A stretch of 63,018 bases of DNA, filler included, from Circinaria calcarea (GCA_051942165.1; 20 parts of 20 records of this genome joined end to end with filler, not necessarily neighbours in it), one strand, 5' to 3'. Counted from the whole stretch's first letter, positions 47,400 through 61,927 are shown. Translations and numbers: made by a program. Notes: a model not told the origin generated them from the sequence alone.

Positions 47400-49135
47400 C
47401 AGACGATGAAGAAGGGTTTGCCGGCGTTGGATTTAGGACTTAGGTCGCCATAGCCGATGGTGAGGAGGGAGACGTAGCAGAAGTAGAGAGCCTCGAAGTA
47501 AGAAAGCCCTTGGCTTTTTTGCTCGGCTTGCCAAAAGACAACGGCGCCGATACACCATAGGAAACCAACTGGTGGATCGTTAGAGTATGACAGGGCATCG
47601 AGAGCAGCCTCACTTACAGGCAACGACGGACATGGTTAAGGCAGAATACCTCTTAAACCGTCGGGTGCTATCCTGAATACTTCTCATAGCCTCAAAGCGG
47701 TCTTTCTCCTCACGTAGGATCAGCAACTTCTGCTTCCTGGAACCAACTCTCCGGAGCACCCTAAACGTCTTCGGTATCGGATTCAGATACTGCATCTTAT
47801 CGGACATCGATGACATAGTCCGTGCTGGGCTTTTCAAAGGCGAGAGTGGAGATTTCAGGCATTGGCGCCTTCTTGACTCTTCTGTAGTTTCGATTTCAGG
47901 ATCAAAAGCTATCGTACGTTTTTTGGGGTCGAACGGTGTGGATATTGTAGGTCGTAGTCCACTTTCCAAATTCCGTCTCTCAGGCGCTTGTCTTCGGTCA
48001 GCTTCAAATGAAGTTGTGACAGACCGCTCGAGGGTTGCAGCACGCCGACTGTTCAGATTTTTCATAACTACATTGTTATGTCCTAGCTCTTGCGCAAACT
48101 TGTGAATACTGCTAACCACTAAACCTAATATGATGATACCACCCACAGAAAAAGGAAAGACCAGCCCTCTTCCAGCGTCGTTAGGGGCGGCGAAATCTCC
48201 AAAACCAACAGTCAACAAGGTAACATCACAAAAGTAAAGGGAATCAACATATGACCACCCACACAGAGTAGAAAATACACCGGCTCCTCCTGCAAGCCAG
48301 AAGAAGAACATCATCGTTTGAAGGATCAGATTTCGTTGCTCGTCGGTGAGTTCAAAATGCTGAGGGTAGTGTCCCAGGAAATAACCGAGCATGTTGACCA
48401 TCAAGAGCATTGAAGAACAGAGGTATAGTACTGATGCAATGATTGCATGCCAAAAACCTTGGGAATATGTCTGATCGGGCCTAATCGGAGGAACGATTTC
48501 ATTCATCGAGATAGTAATGCCCATGAGCTGGAAATACCAGGTCAGTACCTATATATGCTTTCACGTGCCAAGCAAGCGGCTCACTATGCCTGTTGCAAAG
48601 TACCACAGGATAATAGTCATGGGCAGTGCCACAATGTACCTTATCCGCCTTGTAAAGTTGAAGAGAAGAAAGACATTGCCGACAAATCCACACACCAGAG
48701 AGGTAGCGTTGAGGGCAACGCACCAGCGTGGATCTGCAAAGCCGTAGGACTTCATATCTTGGCCGGGGTACTGAGGATCATAGTTATTCCTCCAAGGTGT
48801 GATTAGCGCGGCGATGGACATGACATTGGCGAGCGGACCTATAGTAGCAGCCAGGAGGGGTATAGCAGTGGATGCAAACCACCAATCTCTATTGGTGAGG
48901 GAACTCGGTCAGTGGGAAGACCCTGCCATAATACCTGTAGAATATAAACTCACTGAGGTTCCTCATCATCAGCGGGCCGCATGCGGAACTTCCATAACTG
49001 TTTGGGATACGTCGGTGCACGTTCGAGAGGCTCGAGTTCTTCCTCTTTCTTCAAGTTGCCTCTTGGAGAGTCCGGAGTCCTATAGATAGACTCGACGGCG
49101 GTCGTGGCGCTATCCGGGGGTGTATTGTGATCCAT
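47400..49135 (-). CDS. TOK1: Two-pore-domain outward-rectifier K+ channel, 3'-truncated
   Basis: WWFASTAIPLLAATIGPLANVMSIAAL, plus two pore loops LLTVGFGD and LLTIGYGD; multi-exon. Confidence 0.93.
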
Positions 49136-49648
49136 CGTACCGTCCTGTCACCGGCACTTGTGCAGCTTCGACATCACCATCACCAAAAACACAATCAATG
49201 ACGGGGGATATTATGGCGGAGATCTTGATAATTGGGACCAAGCCAGACTTTGGTCGCGCCAGCGGGTGTTTGGCCCCCTCGCCTTCGAGATGAGCGAATC
49301 AGTCAAACAACTGATGAGGGAGACTCGCAACCGGTATAGGTCTGTAGACTCTGCAAAGAATGTAGTCTTGCCTTTTGCACAGAGGCATTCGGCGATCGAA
49401 TTTGGAGCAACGGTTTAGAACAATCGAACATCTCAGCATAGTCTCGGAATGGGACTAGACAGTATACTCCTCCCAGTCTGGCTGCTTCTGGGTATCGCTA
49501 ATCACCTTTGTGCCTCGGTAAATCCGTATGGTAGGTCATTGTTCGGCCCATTCGTACTATTCACGTTTTGTGATAGAGAATCATTTTTCATACACTAACC
49601 CAAAGGCAGCAATTTACCACTTGTCTTACGGATGAAATCTAGAGTATT

Positions 49649-50445
49649 ATGTCTATCAATCGGATTGCAGAACTCTCATCTATTATTGCTATCAATACAA
49701 ATAATATAAACAGCTTTCTTGCTGCGCAAAATCTACCGACTCCTTCGTTCAATGCGGACAGCCCACCAAGACTTCTCACCACGCCTCCTTTGGCTGGTTT
49801 CCGTACTGCATTGCTGCAAGCTACAGAGGAGCTTTCTGCTTTGGTGCAAGGACCCATCGGACTCTTGACGACCCCACCAGTTAGTTGTGGGAGCAATACC
49901 ATTTAAGTACGGGAGCTAAAACAAGGAAATAGCATAACTCTCTAATCAGCCTTCAGGCAATATGTCGTTTCAACATCGCCACAAGCTTTCCCGATGGAAA
50001 AGAAGAAGTAACATACGAGGAGATTGCGAGAACATGTGGACTTCCTGAGCCAGATGTACGACGTATCCTCCGGCACGCCATGACACATTACATTTTTCGG
50101 GAGTCAAAGAAGGGCGTGGTTGCTCACACAGCAGCATCCAAGTTGCTGTCGATGAGCCAATCAATGCGTGACTGGGTCAGCATGATGTCTGAAGAGCTCT
50201 GGCCAGCAGCAACTAGGGTAGGCGGTGTCGCCAGTACAGGCACGGCTTAACTATACTAAGACCAACGGGAAGACAGTTGACGCGCTGGAGAAATGGCCGG
50301 GTTCCCAAGAGCCAAATCATGCGGTGCTTAATCTCCTAACATCCAGGCACAGATGTGCAGTTCCGGCAGATGTTGATAATATTCTATAGGGCTATAACAT
50401 CGCACATAATACGGAAGATAACATCTTTGACGAGCTTTCGAAAGA
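49649..50445 (+). CDS. Fungal secondary-metabolism O-methyltransferase, N-terminal part
   Basis: RIAELSSIIAINT...LPTPSF...ATEELSALVQGP, then RRILRHAMTLHIFRE...VAHTAASKLL and WPGSQEPNH; several GT-AG introns. Confidence 0.85.
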
Positions 50446-50614
50446 NNNNNNNNNNNNNNNNNNNNNNNNNNNNNNNNNNNNNNNNNNNNTTAATTAATTA
50501 ANNNNNNNNNNNNNNNNNNNNNNNNNNNNNNNNNNNNNNNNNNNNGAGGCGGATGGGGGGGGTTTGTTGAAAAAAAAGGGGGGGGGGGATTTATTTGAAG
50601 AAAGGGAAGAAATA

Positions 50615-52453
50615 CTAAATTAGAGACGGAGAAGCTACTACCATGCCCCCCCCTTTTTCTTCAACAAACCCCATCCATCCGCCTCTACCACCACTATCCT
50701 CCAAAAAACAACACCAACCACCCTTCCAACGCCCTTCCGAAAGAGTCCCGTCCCCGCCAAAAAAAAAAGGCTCCGTGCTAATCGGCCCTGCTAAAAACCC
50801 ACGGTACTGAAATTCTGATGATTGATAGATATCGCTTAGTGTTGAGCAGAGCGCGCATCTCGGACACGTGAACCATAATATCCCTGTAGACGATGCCAAA
50901 GATCTCCGGGACCCCTTCTCCCTCGTGGTCGTGGTCGTGGTCGTGGTCGGCCGGTACAGTGTTACAAGCCCGGGATCTTCTGCATCGTCACGCACCCCGG
51001 GGGCCCCGATTTCCACATCCGTGGAAGCGGGGCGAAAGCGAGCGCTAGGGATCGTATTCTCCCGGATGAGAACATGATATTCGATGGATTTCATGTCCCA
51101 GCCGCTGTATTTGTTCACTGCCGCCACGTTCGGACTCGTGGGCAGGCCGACTGGAAACATATCCTCGCATTGCTGCCGAAAGAATTCCAGCGAGAGAAAA
51201 CCGCGACTGGATGGTAGGCGCATTGGCCGGGTTGCCACGTTGGAAGTAGCCGTACTCGAAGCAATACTGCCACATCCAGGATGCGTCTTGCATTGGATCG
51301 TCGGTGTAGGGGATGTCGTCGTAGTTGGTTTCCGTAAGAGCGGTGAGGAAGGAGGTCCAGGCGAGGGAGACTTTGTAGGTGAGGGCGAGGCCGGATTCGG
51401 GCGCGAGAGCGGGCGTGGTACCGCCGTTATCGGTCGTGAGGACGGAGGTGCGGTTACGGGTTTCGAGGATGTTGTAAAAGGGCAGGACGGAGCGCTCGAT
51501 GCCGTAGTATCGGTAAAAGGAGAAGGGGGTGAGGAGATAGGAGGCGATTTCGCTGGGTTCGAGCGCGAGCACGAGGGTCATGTTGATGTCTTGGGGTATT
51601 TGACGGCCGGAGCGGGAGAGGATGGCTTTGTAGAGGTCGTATTTGAGAGTGGTGATTTCTTGCTCGGTACCGCTTGTCAGCGTGGCATCGACCCAATTGG
51701 TAATGGCCGTGTAATCTGCGGAGCAGTTTCTCATCGTGCTACGTTCTGCCTGGGCGTAATAGGTCCACATATCTACTGCAGCTTGCGTAGGTGCGCTCGA
51801 AGCCCTGTAGCAAAGAATGTTTCTGGATTCCTGACTCGCACCTGGGCGCTTTCGGATACCGGGGTAGCTTCCGCCTAGCCAGATTCAAGGTGTACATATC
51901 GGAGATAGTATGACCAGTACTTGTCCATACCTGGAGGCTCGAAGTTGTTTGCAAAGAAAAGGACATCTTGCAGAGCTTGCTGCGTGTTCAAGTATCTGCA
52001 CGCGTCGTATCCTGCCTCGGCCATTCCAGTGGTGGTGTTCATCTTAAATGGGAAGCTTCCTTGGGTGAGATCTCCGTAAAATCGGTGTTCAGATATGACC
52101 GCCATTCCATTGAACCTTCGCGCAAGTGTCATCATAGATGACGGACCGGCAGCCTCCGCAAGAAAATAAGGAACCAGTAGGTGAGCATTCTGCTCTCCCG
52201 AGTCAAAATAAAAGACCGGTCCTCTGGAATTGTAGTAAGTGGTATTGATCCGATTTCTATTTGAATACGTGCGTGTGTCAAACGTATTGTAATGGTCTAT
52301 TGGGATGCTGATATTATACGCAGGATAATCAGATGTATTTATAGGTACCTCACGTTTGGTCAAGCCTCCGCTGAGAGGTGATCGTGGTGCTATAGAATGC
52401 ATGGCAAATGTCATGCTAGCATATACAGCGAAATAATAGGGTAAAGGCAACAT
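50615..52453 (-). pseudogene. Secreted serine carboxypeptidase family S28, multiply frameshifted
   Basis: IPIDHYN, EHRFYG, YLNTQQALQDV, WLGGSYPG and WMWQYCFEYGYFQ are spread over several frames. Confidence 0.8.
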
Positions 52454-53088
52454 ATTGTCTCGTGAGGAAACAATGTCAGTCGCAAGACACACAAGGTACT
52501 GAGAGGTACCCGTCCATTCTTATAAAGCAGCTCTGCAAAGAACAAGACTGACATCGTTGTCCGAAGATGGAGACCTTATCAACGTTGAGTGAGAAGTCCA
52601 TGGGCGAGGAGGGGTAAATGGAAAAGACAGAATGTTAATCTCCTTCCTCATTCGAGGTTGAGAGGAACCAGCGGTTCAGAGACATCCATGCTGATGACAA
52701 CCATTAGCTAAGTTCTCCGCAATAGCGATCAGCCAAAATCCGTGCTATGTTATGCGGCTCAACTCCCAAGATGGGGGATGGTGTAGGTATTTTAAAGCAC
52801 TGCAGGCAAATAATTCCGACAAGGATGATTGGACATGAATATATTCAGGATGCGAGGTGATATCAGGAAAGATGGATGAGGATAATGCTGTCACGTCCAA
52901 GAGCCCGAAGAGACAACCGTTAGTAAGAATCCGAGGAGAGGAGTATCTTGGAGACCATCTACTCGTATCAAGCAAGCAGCACTGGATCGCAACTCACGTA
53001 TGTTTGGTAACAAATCCGGTTCTATTCCCCTTTATACAGAGCCTACATATGTGGAAAGACACGCTCGAAGAAATGCCAGGTAGAAAGC

Positions 53089-53590
53089 TCATTGCTTGAC
53101 TGGCGGATTGTAGACAATCTTTCTCGTCTTCACCGGCGACCATTTATATCTGTGCACAATGACCTGTTAGCCATGCTCAGTGGGTTTGCTAGGAAGATTA
53201 ATACCGTTTGACCCAGACACTTAGCGCCCAGAGTGTTGCCGAGATAATCACAACCTTCAGTCCCATTTTCTTGCGACTGTCCATCTCGGGCTCGGCAGAC
53301 CAGTTCAAGAACTCTACCACGTCTTTGGCCATTTGTGATGTAGTGGCCGGTGTACCATCTTCGTATTCGACCAAGCCGTCATAGAGAACACGTGCCATTC
53401 CAATGCCTAAAGATATAAGTCAGATATTTATTATTGGGTTACACCATTTAAAAGGAGCATTTACCGGTTCCCGGAAAGTAAGGGTTGAAGTTGAGACCAG
53501 CTGGTACAGTAGCTCCTGGTGGGGGTTCTTCGGGGTAACCCGTCAAGAGATTGAAGATATAATTGCAACCACCATGCCTGGCTTTCACCA
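53089..53590 (-). CDS. CYT1: Cytochrome c1, C-terminal part
   Basis: [17 protein letters not shown]...[38 protein letters not shown]...|[16 protein letters not shown]; two introns. Confidence 0.97.
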
Positions 53591-53690
53591 NNNNNNNNNN
53601 NNNNNNNNNNNNNNNNNNNNNNNNNNNNNNNNNNTTAATTAATTAANNNNNNNNNNNNNNNNNNNNNNNNNNNNNNNNNNNNNNNNNNNN

Positions 53691-54263
53691 CCTACGCTGC
53701 CTACAGCCAAGCAAGAGACTCCCTCGACCCCTACGGTACACGATGCAGGTCACTCGCAAGACAACATCACTGGCTCCCACGCCTACAAGCCGTATGCCAT
53801 CTGGAGCCAAGAGTCTAGTACAGATGAGTATCACGATCCCTATAAAGGTTCCACAGGGAGCCTTCAGGGTTCCAATTCCTACCAAATGGCTGAGCACGGA
53901 TACTCCTTTCCTTCCCACGACGAATCCTACCCAGCAGTTCACTCATCATATATTCCCGACCCTTACTCTACGCAACCGGCACCGCAAGCACCTTATCAGC
54001 AGCAGCCAATCGGCACTACTACACAATACCTCGATCCAAATATCTACGACGTCGGTCCCCAATCCTGGAGCCAGTTTACCCAAGCGCGGCCAAGTCTGCA
54101 GGCGTATGATCCCGCCAACACTTTATTGCAGCTAAGCGGTCAAGGACAGATGATCAAAGCAGAGGATATTGGAGAACCTGGCCCAGATGCTGGGACTGTG
54201 GGACTCGATACAGGAGAAATGTGGCCGTGGTCCCTCATCGGCCAGCCTCCGGGAAATTTATAA
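53691..54263 (+). CDS. Low-complexity C-terminus of an unknown protein (possibly a transcription factor)
   Basis: Frame is open from the contig start, P/Q/Y/S-rich, ending GEMWPWSL...; no domain visible. Confidence 0.5.
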   Translation, partial: PTLPTAKQETPSTPTVHDAGHSQDNITGSHAYKPYAIWSQESSTDEYHDPYKGSTGSLQGSNSYQMAEHGYSFPSHDESYPAVHSSYIPDPYSTQPAPQAPYQQQPIGTTTQYLDPNIYDVGPQSWSQFTQARPSLQAYDPANTLLQLSGQGQMIKAEDIGEPGPDAGTVGLDTGEMWPWSLIGQPPGNL

Positions 54264-55330
54264 CGCTGCTCTCTTTTTCTGCAGCACTTTAGCGTGGCGT
54301 TTGGATGAGGAGAGCACAGATGGCTTATATTCACATCCGGTAATGTCGATAGAGGTTCGTTTGGGCTGTGGCAACATGTATTTTCAAAACCAAGCAAGAG
54401 ATGTATATACAATAAAGACCCCTGACGGGTAAGATTCAGAAAATCTACCAGGAGGCCTCGTATCTCTGACATGGAAATTCCACGATGCAGTAGAAACCCC
54501 TTGGATTTTTGCTTGACGTAGGGCTATAATGACGGTTATGCGGTGTGGTTACAATATTTTTCATGAAGAGAAGAGAGTAAAGCTTGCCGAGATACCGTGG
54601 GATTCAGCGTGAATCGGTCTTTTTGAATTTTCTCCCGGATCCGAAAAGTTCATTGTGATGATCCCAGTGAGGATTTGCATCCCCATCCCCATCCCCATTC
54701 CCCTTACGGTAAGTGCTAAAATCACACACAACTATGCATGTATTTGGGAGCACACCAAAAATTCATTTACGTGAGGTAGATCAAATCCAAGTTTTCTACG
54801 TATATCCCCCTCCCCAAACTTATTTGGCACATTCCAACTGCGCCATCCCCTCCCTTTTTTTAAACTCTTAAAGGCGGGGGAAGTCCGTAGATGGATTGGG
54901 GGGTTTTTTGATTGAGTACGGTAGATAGGAAATTACGTTTGTAGTTAGTTGCCCGGAGAAAGAGAAAACAAATACGGGGGTTCGGGGGAGCGCATATGTT
55001 CCCAGAAGGGGGGGTTTTTGGTGGCATAGATGGGGTTGTTGATGGCGAATGGAGGGAGGGAGAGGAGGTATGGACGGACGGGAAATGGGAGATTGTGGGA
55101 CCTAAAGGGGAAGGAGAGTTGGAAAAGGAAAATGTGAATGAGGAAGGGGGGGGATGGGCCGTTGGATATGTACGTTGGAGTAGGGAAGATTGGAAGATGA
55201 AATAATGGAGTATGCGAAAAAAAAGGCACAAAACCCTCCCCCCCTTTTTGGCTCCTATCCTAACAAATTTCCTCCCTAACCTCCCCAGAATATGCGAGCC
55301 CAGTCTAGCCTGCACACAAACTCCCTCTCC

Positions 55331-56734
55331 TCACAACTCCCCTTGCAACCTAATATCCCTCGAACTCGCGCCCACAAACACACCAAAACCCCCCGAGGGC
55401 ACCACCCACTTCTGGGCTCCCACATCCCAATAACTCAGATCCTTCCGTCGCAAATTGAACGTCACCGTCGCCTTCGCGGCCCCACCCAGATAAACCTTCT
55501 GGAAGCCTCGGAGTTGTTTGGGTGGACTGGCGGGTGCGGATGAGGGCAGACCGATGTACAATTGGGCGACCTCGGCGCCGGCGACGCTGCCGGTGTTTTC
55601 GATGGTGGCGGTGACTGTGGCGACAGTGTCGTAGAGACTTGAGACGCCGCCGGGAGCATTATTAGTGGAGCCAGTGGATCGGTCAAAGTAGTTTGTTGCG
55701 AGGCCGGAGTAGGCGAAGTTGGTATAGGCTGTTGAAGGGGGATAATTAGAAGATGTATGACTAGTTGAAAGAATTCGAGGAGGGAGGACTTACAAAGACC
55801 GAAACCGAACTCGTAGCGGGGTTGGATGTTGTATTTATCAAAGTGTCTGTAGTCGATATAGAGACCTTCTGGGAAATTATCGTCTCCCCCGACGGGGCCC
55901 ATGCCGTAATCGCCGACTGACTTGGCAATGGTATATGGGAGTTTTCCACTCGGTGATGCCGAACCGTAGAGCACATCTACCAACCCATTTCCGGATTCCT
56001 GGCCTGGGATGCCAGCCCAGATCACGCCGATAACGTTAGGTAGGTTCACAATCGGTTCTAGGATTAGCGGGCCGACACTGTGAATCACCACAATGGTTTT
56101 CTGGTTCACATTTGCAACCGCCTGCACCAGCTGATTTCCATTATGCCAAGGGTCAAGAGTGGCTCTGTCCCCACCATTCCCTTCGACAGTAATATATCCT
56201 TCACCAGCGTCGGAATTGATAAAGACAATGGCCGTTTCAGCGGTTTTTGCAGCAGATGCGCCAGAGCTGGCGTCGTCGGTTGTCGACGTCGTCAGTGTTG
56301 TTCCATCCGCAGCGGCGCGGGTTTTGATGGCGTCTAATGGGGCAATCAAGTACTAGGGCAGAATGTAAGCAGATGAAGTGAAGACCTACTTGACAGATGA
56401 CTTACTGGAAAATCTGCCGTTCCAGAACCCCAGCCCTGTGAGATTATAAGCACACGATCTGAACAGTTGGAGTGGCTGAGCCCCTGGATTCTATGTCCGC
56501 GGCATATCATACCATGGCCAAAGTCCCAACATTGCAACCCCTATCCCAGCACGCATTCGGCCCATCCGGATTGACGATTGCATCGGAGCCAATAATTGCC
56601 AGACTTGCAGGCCTTTTCAACGGCAAAGCAGAATTGGAGTTTTTGAGGAGTACTATGCCATCCCGTGCAATAGCTCTTGCAACAGTAGCGTGGTTCCCCT
56701 GTACATTAGGGCCACCTTTACCGCCATTCCAGGA
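55331..56734 (-). CDS. GH3 beta-glucosidase, 5'-truncated
   Basis: [61 protein letters not shown] and an Fn3-like C-terminal domain. Confidence 0.95.
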
Positions 56735-57310
56735 NNNNNNNNNNNNNNNNNNNNNNNNNNNNNNNNNNNNNNNNNNNNTTAATTAATTAANNNNNNNNNN
56801 NNNNNNNNNNNNNNNNNNNNNNNNNNNNNNNNNNCCCCCCCTCGATATCTTAATTCTCGAAACTGCCCTTTTTTTCCTTCTTGGCCTATACCATACTGTA
56901 GGAGCATATATAGCCGAGCACACTATTTTCCTTTTCATAATAACGATTTTTATTAGTTTAATTAATCAAGGGGGGGGAATTAGGAGACATGGGGGGAACA
57001 ATTTGGGTAAATAATCGAATTTTCAATACAAGAAACCTCATTATTTACCGTGGTTCCTGCGGACGGACGAATTGCTTGGGTGTATATGTTGTGATCTGAT
57101 TGTATCTTCAAGTTTCTCAGTAGGGATATGTACTTTACTGACTCTTGCGATCGACTCTACCCCTTTCTTCGTCCCGACACGAAAAAACAGGCAAGGTAGC
57201 AAAGACGTGGCCATTTAATCGTGGTATCGTTTCTTTATCAAACACTTCCTCCCTACCCTTTCCATCTATCCCCCTTCACAAACTTTCCTCTCCCTCTCCC
57301 TCGCCTATCA

Positions 57311-58401
57311 TCATCTCAGCGCCTTCCTCGCAAACGTCGGTAACACGAAACTCGCCCGGTGAATCTCCTTGTTATAATATCGACATAGCTTCTCCTCCTC
57401 CTCCACTTTCCACTGCCTCACCGGCTCCTTGACATTTCTCTTTGCGTCCTTGCAGCACACCATGAAACCAATCTGCCCGCTTGGGTACGTAGGAATCGTC
57501 GTGTATGCGTACTCCACCACCGGGAATACCTCCTTGCATGACTTTTTCAGCTCCGTAATGAGTTTGAGGTGCAGGAATATGTTTTCCGCTTGCGTAGTGA
57601 CAACGCCTCCTTCCTTGAGCGCGCCGAATAAAAGTTCAAAATAGGGTTTTTGAAATAGGGATTCTGCCGGTCCTTCCGGGTCGCTGCTATCAGTGATAAT
57701 AATGTCGAATTCGCCCTTCCTTTCTCGTAAAAACTCGAATCCATCCCCGACGTGGACGGAGACGTTAGGGTGTTGGAATCCGATGGACATGCCCGGGAGG
57801 TATTTCTTAGATAGGCGGATGACGGACTCGTCAATGTCGCAGAGGATGGCGGTTTCAACGGTGGAGTGCTTTACGACTTCTCGTAAGACGCCGCCGTCAC
57901 CGCCGCCGATGACGAGAACAGAGCGGGGGTTGGGGTGAGAATTGAGAGCGAGATGGGTGATCATTTCTTGGTATCTGAAGATGTCGACATGGTATATTAG
58001 CCAATGCGACTCGGGTATGCAGAGTTAATCGGTTTGGATTTGACAGGAATTGGAAGTAGGAGCGCATAGGAAGCTTGTTGACTCTCTCAAGCAATACATA
58101 CGCGAATTCGTCCCTCTCGGTGCATTGTATAACATTATCCAGCACCAGTACCGTGCCGTAGTCACTCGACTCGAATATCAGGACGTCTTGGTATTTTGAT
58201 TTTTCGTGGTGGAGGATCTGGTTGACTTTGAGGGTCATGGCTTGCCCAGGCCACATTTTTGAGATTTCACGGAACCAGCCATCTGTAAGCAAATTATCAG
58301 CAAGGCATTGGAATAAGAGTGTTGGGAACATAAGGGTAGCCAGCGGGGGTAAGTGGATCAATTTTTCTACCTTTGATGGTGGGGTGGGTAATCTCGCTCA
58401 T
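57311..58401 (-). CDS. SPE3: Spermidine synthase
   Basis: [18 protein letters not shown]...WPGQAM...QCTERDEF|...[14 protein letters not shown]...IITDSSDP...[10 protein letters not shown]; two introns. Confidence 0.97.
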
Positions 58402-59976
58402 GGCACCGGGGATTGCTGCTGCGGATTTGTCGTGAAGGCTCGCTGAGTTGAGATTGAAGTGTATGGAAGTTACAAATCTCTATGCTATCGGTGGTGATTA
58501 TATGGCGGAGAGTGTCAATGGTCGAATGAAGCTTTACAACGATGCAGTTTATGTATCGGGCCAGACTTCTTGGCGGCGTCTTGAGATTAATTCCTCGACG
58601 TCACTTTTCTCTAACCACTTTAATTTGTACGCGGGCCGAGAGATGCCGGATCCATCGGTCAGGTACCAGGGGTTTCCTCAACTCCTCAGCGCTACGGAGT
58701 ACAGATCGATGCTTGCGCTACCTTTGATGAAGAGTCTGGTGACTGTACATCAAAGCACAACTTGCAGTCGAAGGCGTCCTAAGTCGAACTCCCGTTCCCG
58801 AGGGGATATCTCTGGGATTTAAGGCCTTTGCTTCAGACCATCCTTAGCAATCTACAACAGCACAGTTGGAATCAATCCTATAGTACAAAACGCAGTACAA
58901 TCTGTCCATGCCACGGAACGTAGTCTTCATCAAGTATCGTTGATTTCATCCCATTCTCCAAATAATAACCATCGATACCGGACACATCAATATCTAACCC
59001 GAAACCCCCAATCCACATCCCCCTGATCATGCCATTGCTCCTAAGTAGCCAGACCGAATCTCAAATCTCATATCCGGACAATATCAACTCGTACTCGTTT
59101 CAACTCTTCGACTACTCCTTTCACCGAGGTCTTAAACTCACCGAAGTCTCAAATGCCGATAAACGACTCGCAAGAAGGATACCGTAGCCTGTCCTCTTAC
59201 CAAGCTGGCCAACCACCAGTCTTCGGTGCAATTTTCAGCTGCTAGGGTATTCGATTCTTCTGATCTAGTTTCGCTGTGGTGATGGTTTTTTTATAGTAGA
59301 GAGATGAAGTGTGTTTCTCGTCTCCGGGGCGGGTGGCGGAAAGGACTGGTGGATGGGTAGTGAAAGTTCATGATGTTTAGGAGCCAGTACTTCGCGTGAA
59401 GTCTTGACTATGACTACAAAGCGCGTACACCTCATCCTAGAACGTGGACCTGGGAAGGAAGAAATCGGAAAAAACGTATGTTGAGAAGCAAAGGAACAAG
59501 GATTGTATAAAATTCGCTTCAGTATGCTATGTACAGTATGAGCACCGCCTTGCCCAAGGGCTCCTCCATTAACCTTGAGCCACATCCCGAGAGCGACCCA
59601 CGAATTCTTAACCAGGTTCTTCCGACATTGCCACGCAGTTGCCGTGGCTCAAGCCACCAGACTTGTTTCACATGCATTGCAGTCGTCCAGCCCGGCAAGC
59701 CAGCCCCTCCGAGTGAATTCCAAACCACAATAGGGAAATTTCGTATTCGCATTTCGTGGTATCAACAGATTTTGTACCTTCATCTTACATACACAACCCA
59801 GCAGTCCCTTAGATCACCATCGCCACGCCGATGGCACCACCTAACACGCCGATAGCTTCCCATCCCCAGCCTCTCGNNNNNNNNNNNNNNNNNNNNNNNN
59901 NNNNNNNNNNNNNNNNNNNNTTAATTAATTAANNNNNNNNNNNNNNNNNNNNNNNNNNNNNNNNNNNNNNNNNNNN

Positions 59977-61177
59977 TGACGAATTCAAACTTGCTACTGT
60001 CGCATTGACTGGCTGAAAGTAGTAATGTGTCTCGCAGAAAGCAGCAATTGTGTTCGTAGAGTTGATCCCAGCAATGATTCCACCACTGGTCCTGGCCCAT
60101 ATCAGGAAAAATTCATGCGCTGCAGATCGTGGGCAAGTATAGCTTTGAAGAAAATAGTCCAAATAATCATCATATTTCCACCCGATATACTGAAGATAGT
60201 GACTACCGTGCTGGCGAGCAGGGATACCATTGTATGTGCAGTTCTTGCCGTTGAAGAATGTAAGGTACACGCCATCCGAACTACCATTTTGGGCAGGCGT
60301 ACAGGTAAGCTCAGTCGTGTATGAGGTGGTTGGAACAGTCCAGGTAACAAAGGCGCTGTGATCTTGCTTTTTTACTTCGAATGGCTCAACTGCATACTCT
60401 CGAGTAACGAAACTTGGAAGTTCTTCGTCAAGCCAAAGAACTCCATACGCGTCTGTGAGGAAGGTTGTGTTTAAAACCGATGCCTGCTCGGCTATTGGAA
60501 CAAGTGATGATCTGGTTACAACGTCCGCCATGTTTCTCGTATTCTGTGTCTTCGTGGTAAATATAGCACTCTGTAGTGGTGTTATTGCCCAGGATACTAC
60601 CATCATTGTCGTGCCTGCCCAAAAAACAGACCAATGCCTGTTCTTATGTTAACACGGTCCGCAGATGCTCTTAGCTTTGGTGACCTGCCTCAGTTTGGCG
60701 GCTTTTATTGGTACAAAGGCAAGGAAGTCGAAAGGGTAATGTAACAACAGGGACTTCTCCGCAGAAGTTCCAGCGGGTTTCGATAGTTGAAAGTAAGGTT
60801 CGAGTCTCTTTGCGTCAAGATCAATCAAGCTCCATAATGTGCTGTACAGAACCGCGAGTAAAGTGGGAAAGTAGAAGAAAAGGAACGTCTGCGAAGATGT
60901 AAAACTCCCGTCCGTAAGCGCGAAAGCGATCCCACCATCCCTCTGACTTCTTCTCGAGAGATATTCGAGAAGAGCTATTAGGACCATCGATATTGCAACC
61001 ACAGAACTTAGGACAGGTGCTCCGAGAGTGAAGGGCTTCCACGTCAATCGGTCTGCGCTCTCTGTAGTATGGTAAGTGTGTAGGTCGCAGCTTAGCACGA
61101 AGTGTAGACGTACTGTTCACCAATAAGTCGTCCTGCCTTCGCTCTTGGAATCGCCAAGGCTGCTTGTGAAATCCCAT
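59977..61177 (-). CDS. DUF3433-type multi-pass membrane protein, 3'-truncated
   Basis: WKPFTL...YFPTLLAVLYSTLWSLIDLDAKRLEPYFQLSKP...SLLLHYPFDF. Intron 61113-61062 joins the ATG exon in frame; a second intron lies near 60640-60685. Confidence 0.82.
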
Positions 61178-61927
61178 ATTCAGGTAAACGGACAGCGTGT
61201 CACCAGCCTCGGTGATCAGCTCGCGGATCATTGATAGGTACGTTCATACACGTGATAAGTATAGATAATATTAAATAGAAGAGAATTAGATTGTTGTGGT
61301 AAGACCAACGAATGTGTGGATAGCAACGCAGCAGCAAGTCAACGGAGAAGCATAAGGAGGAAAACAGCGAGCAATTGATACAATATGTACATGGCAAGGC
61401 AGGAATAAAGACCCTAATGCAAGGTGCCTAGTTGGTGAGCACACGCCTGTTACCGCCAAAAAAGATAAATTTAGGCTTTTCGGTATATATCGATCGATCA
61501 AACAACGGCTACGTACCTTGTCTTAGTTCCCAGCTTAAAGAATTCTGGCCGATGTCTCGGAAACGTTAAAAGTTTCAATTTCGATTACAGAAACACTCCA
61601 TTTATGTAAAGGCCTCTACCAGAGAATCCCTACGAACCCTACAGGTGAACTATATACCGAGGTCACGAGGTATTGATTTAGCGAGGAAGGTTTTCTCGCG
61701 AAGCTTTACACCAGAATTCTCTAGCAATAATTAATATATTTTACGAATCAATTAAGCACATTATCACACAGTTTACCGGCTCATAATCGTAAAATCATCA
61801 TATTATTCGTAAAGGAATCTTATAATAATAATATATGGACCATATGGTAGGGGCCCGTAGGCCCTAATAATTATACGGAGTAGCTTCGATAAACAGGGGT
61901 GTTCTAATAATAAAATAGGATTTTTTA

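Noticed and set aside
47400..56734. Apparent cluster of O-methyltransferase, peptidase and GH3 genes
   Set aside because: The genes lie on different contigs joined artificially.
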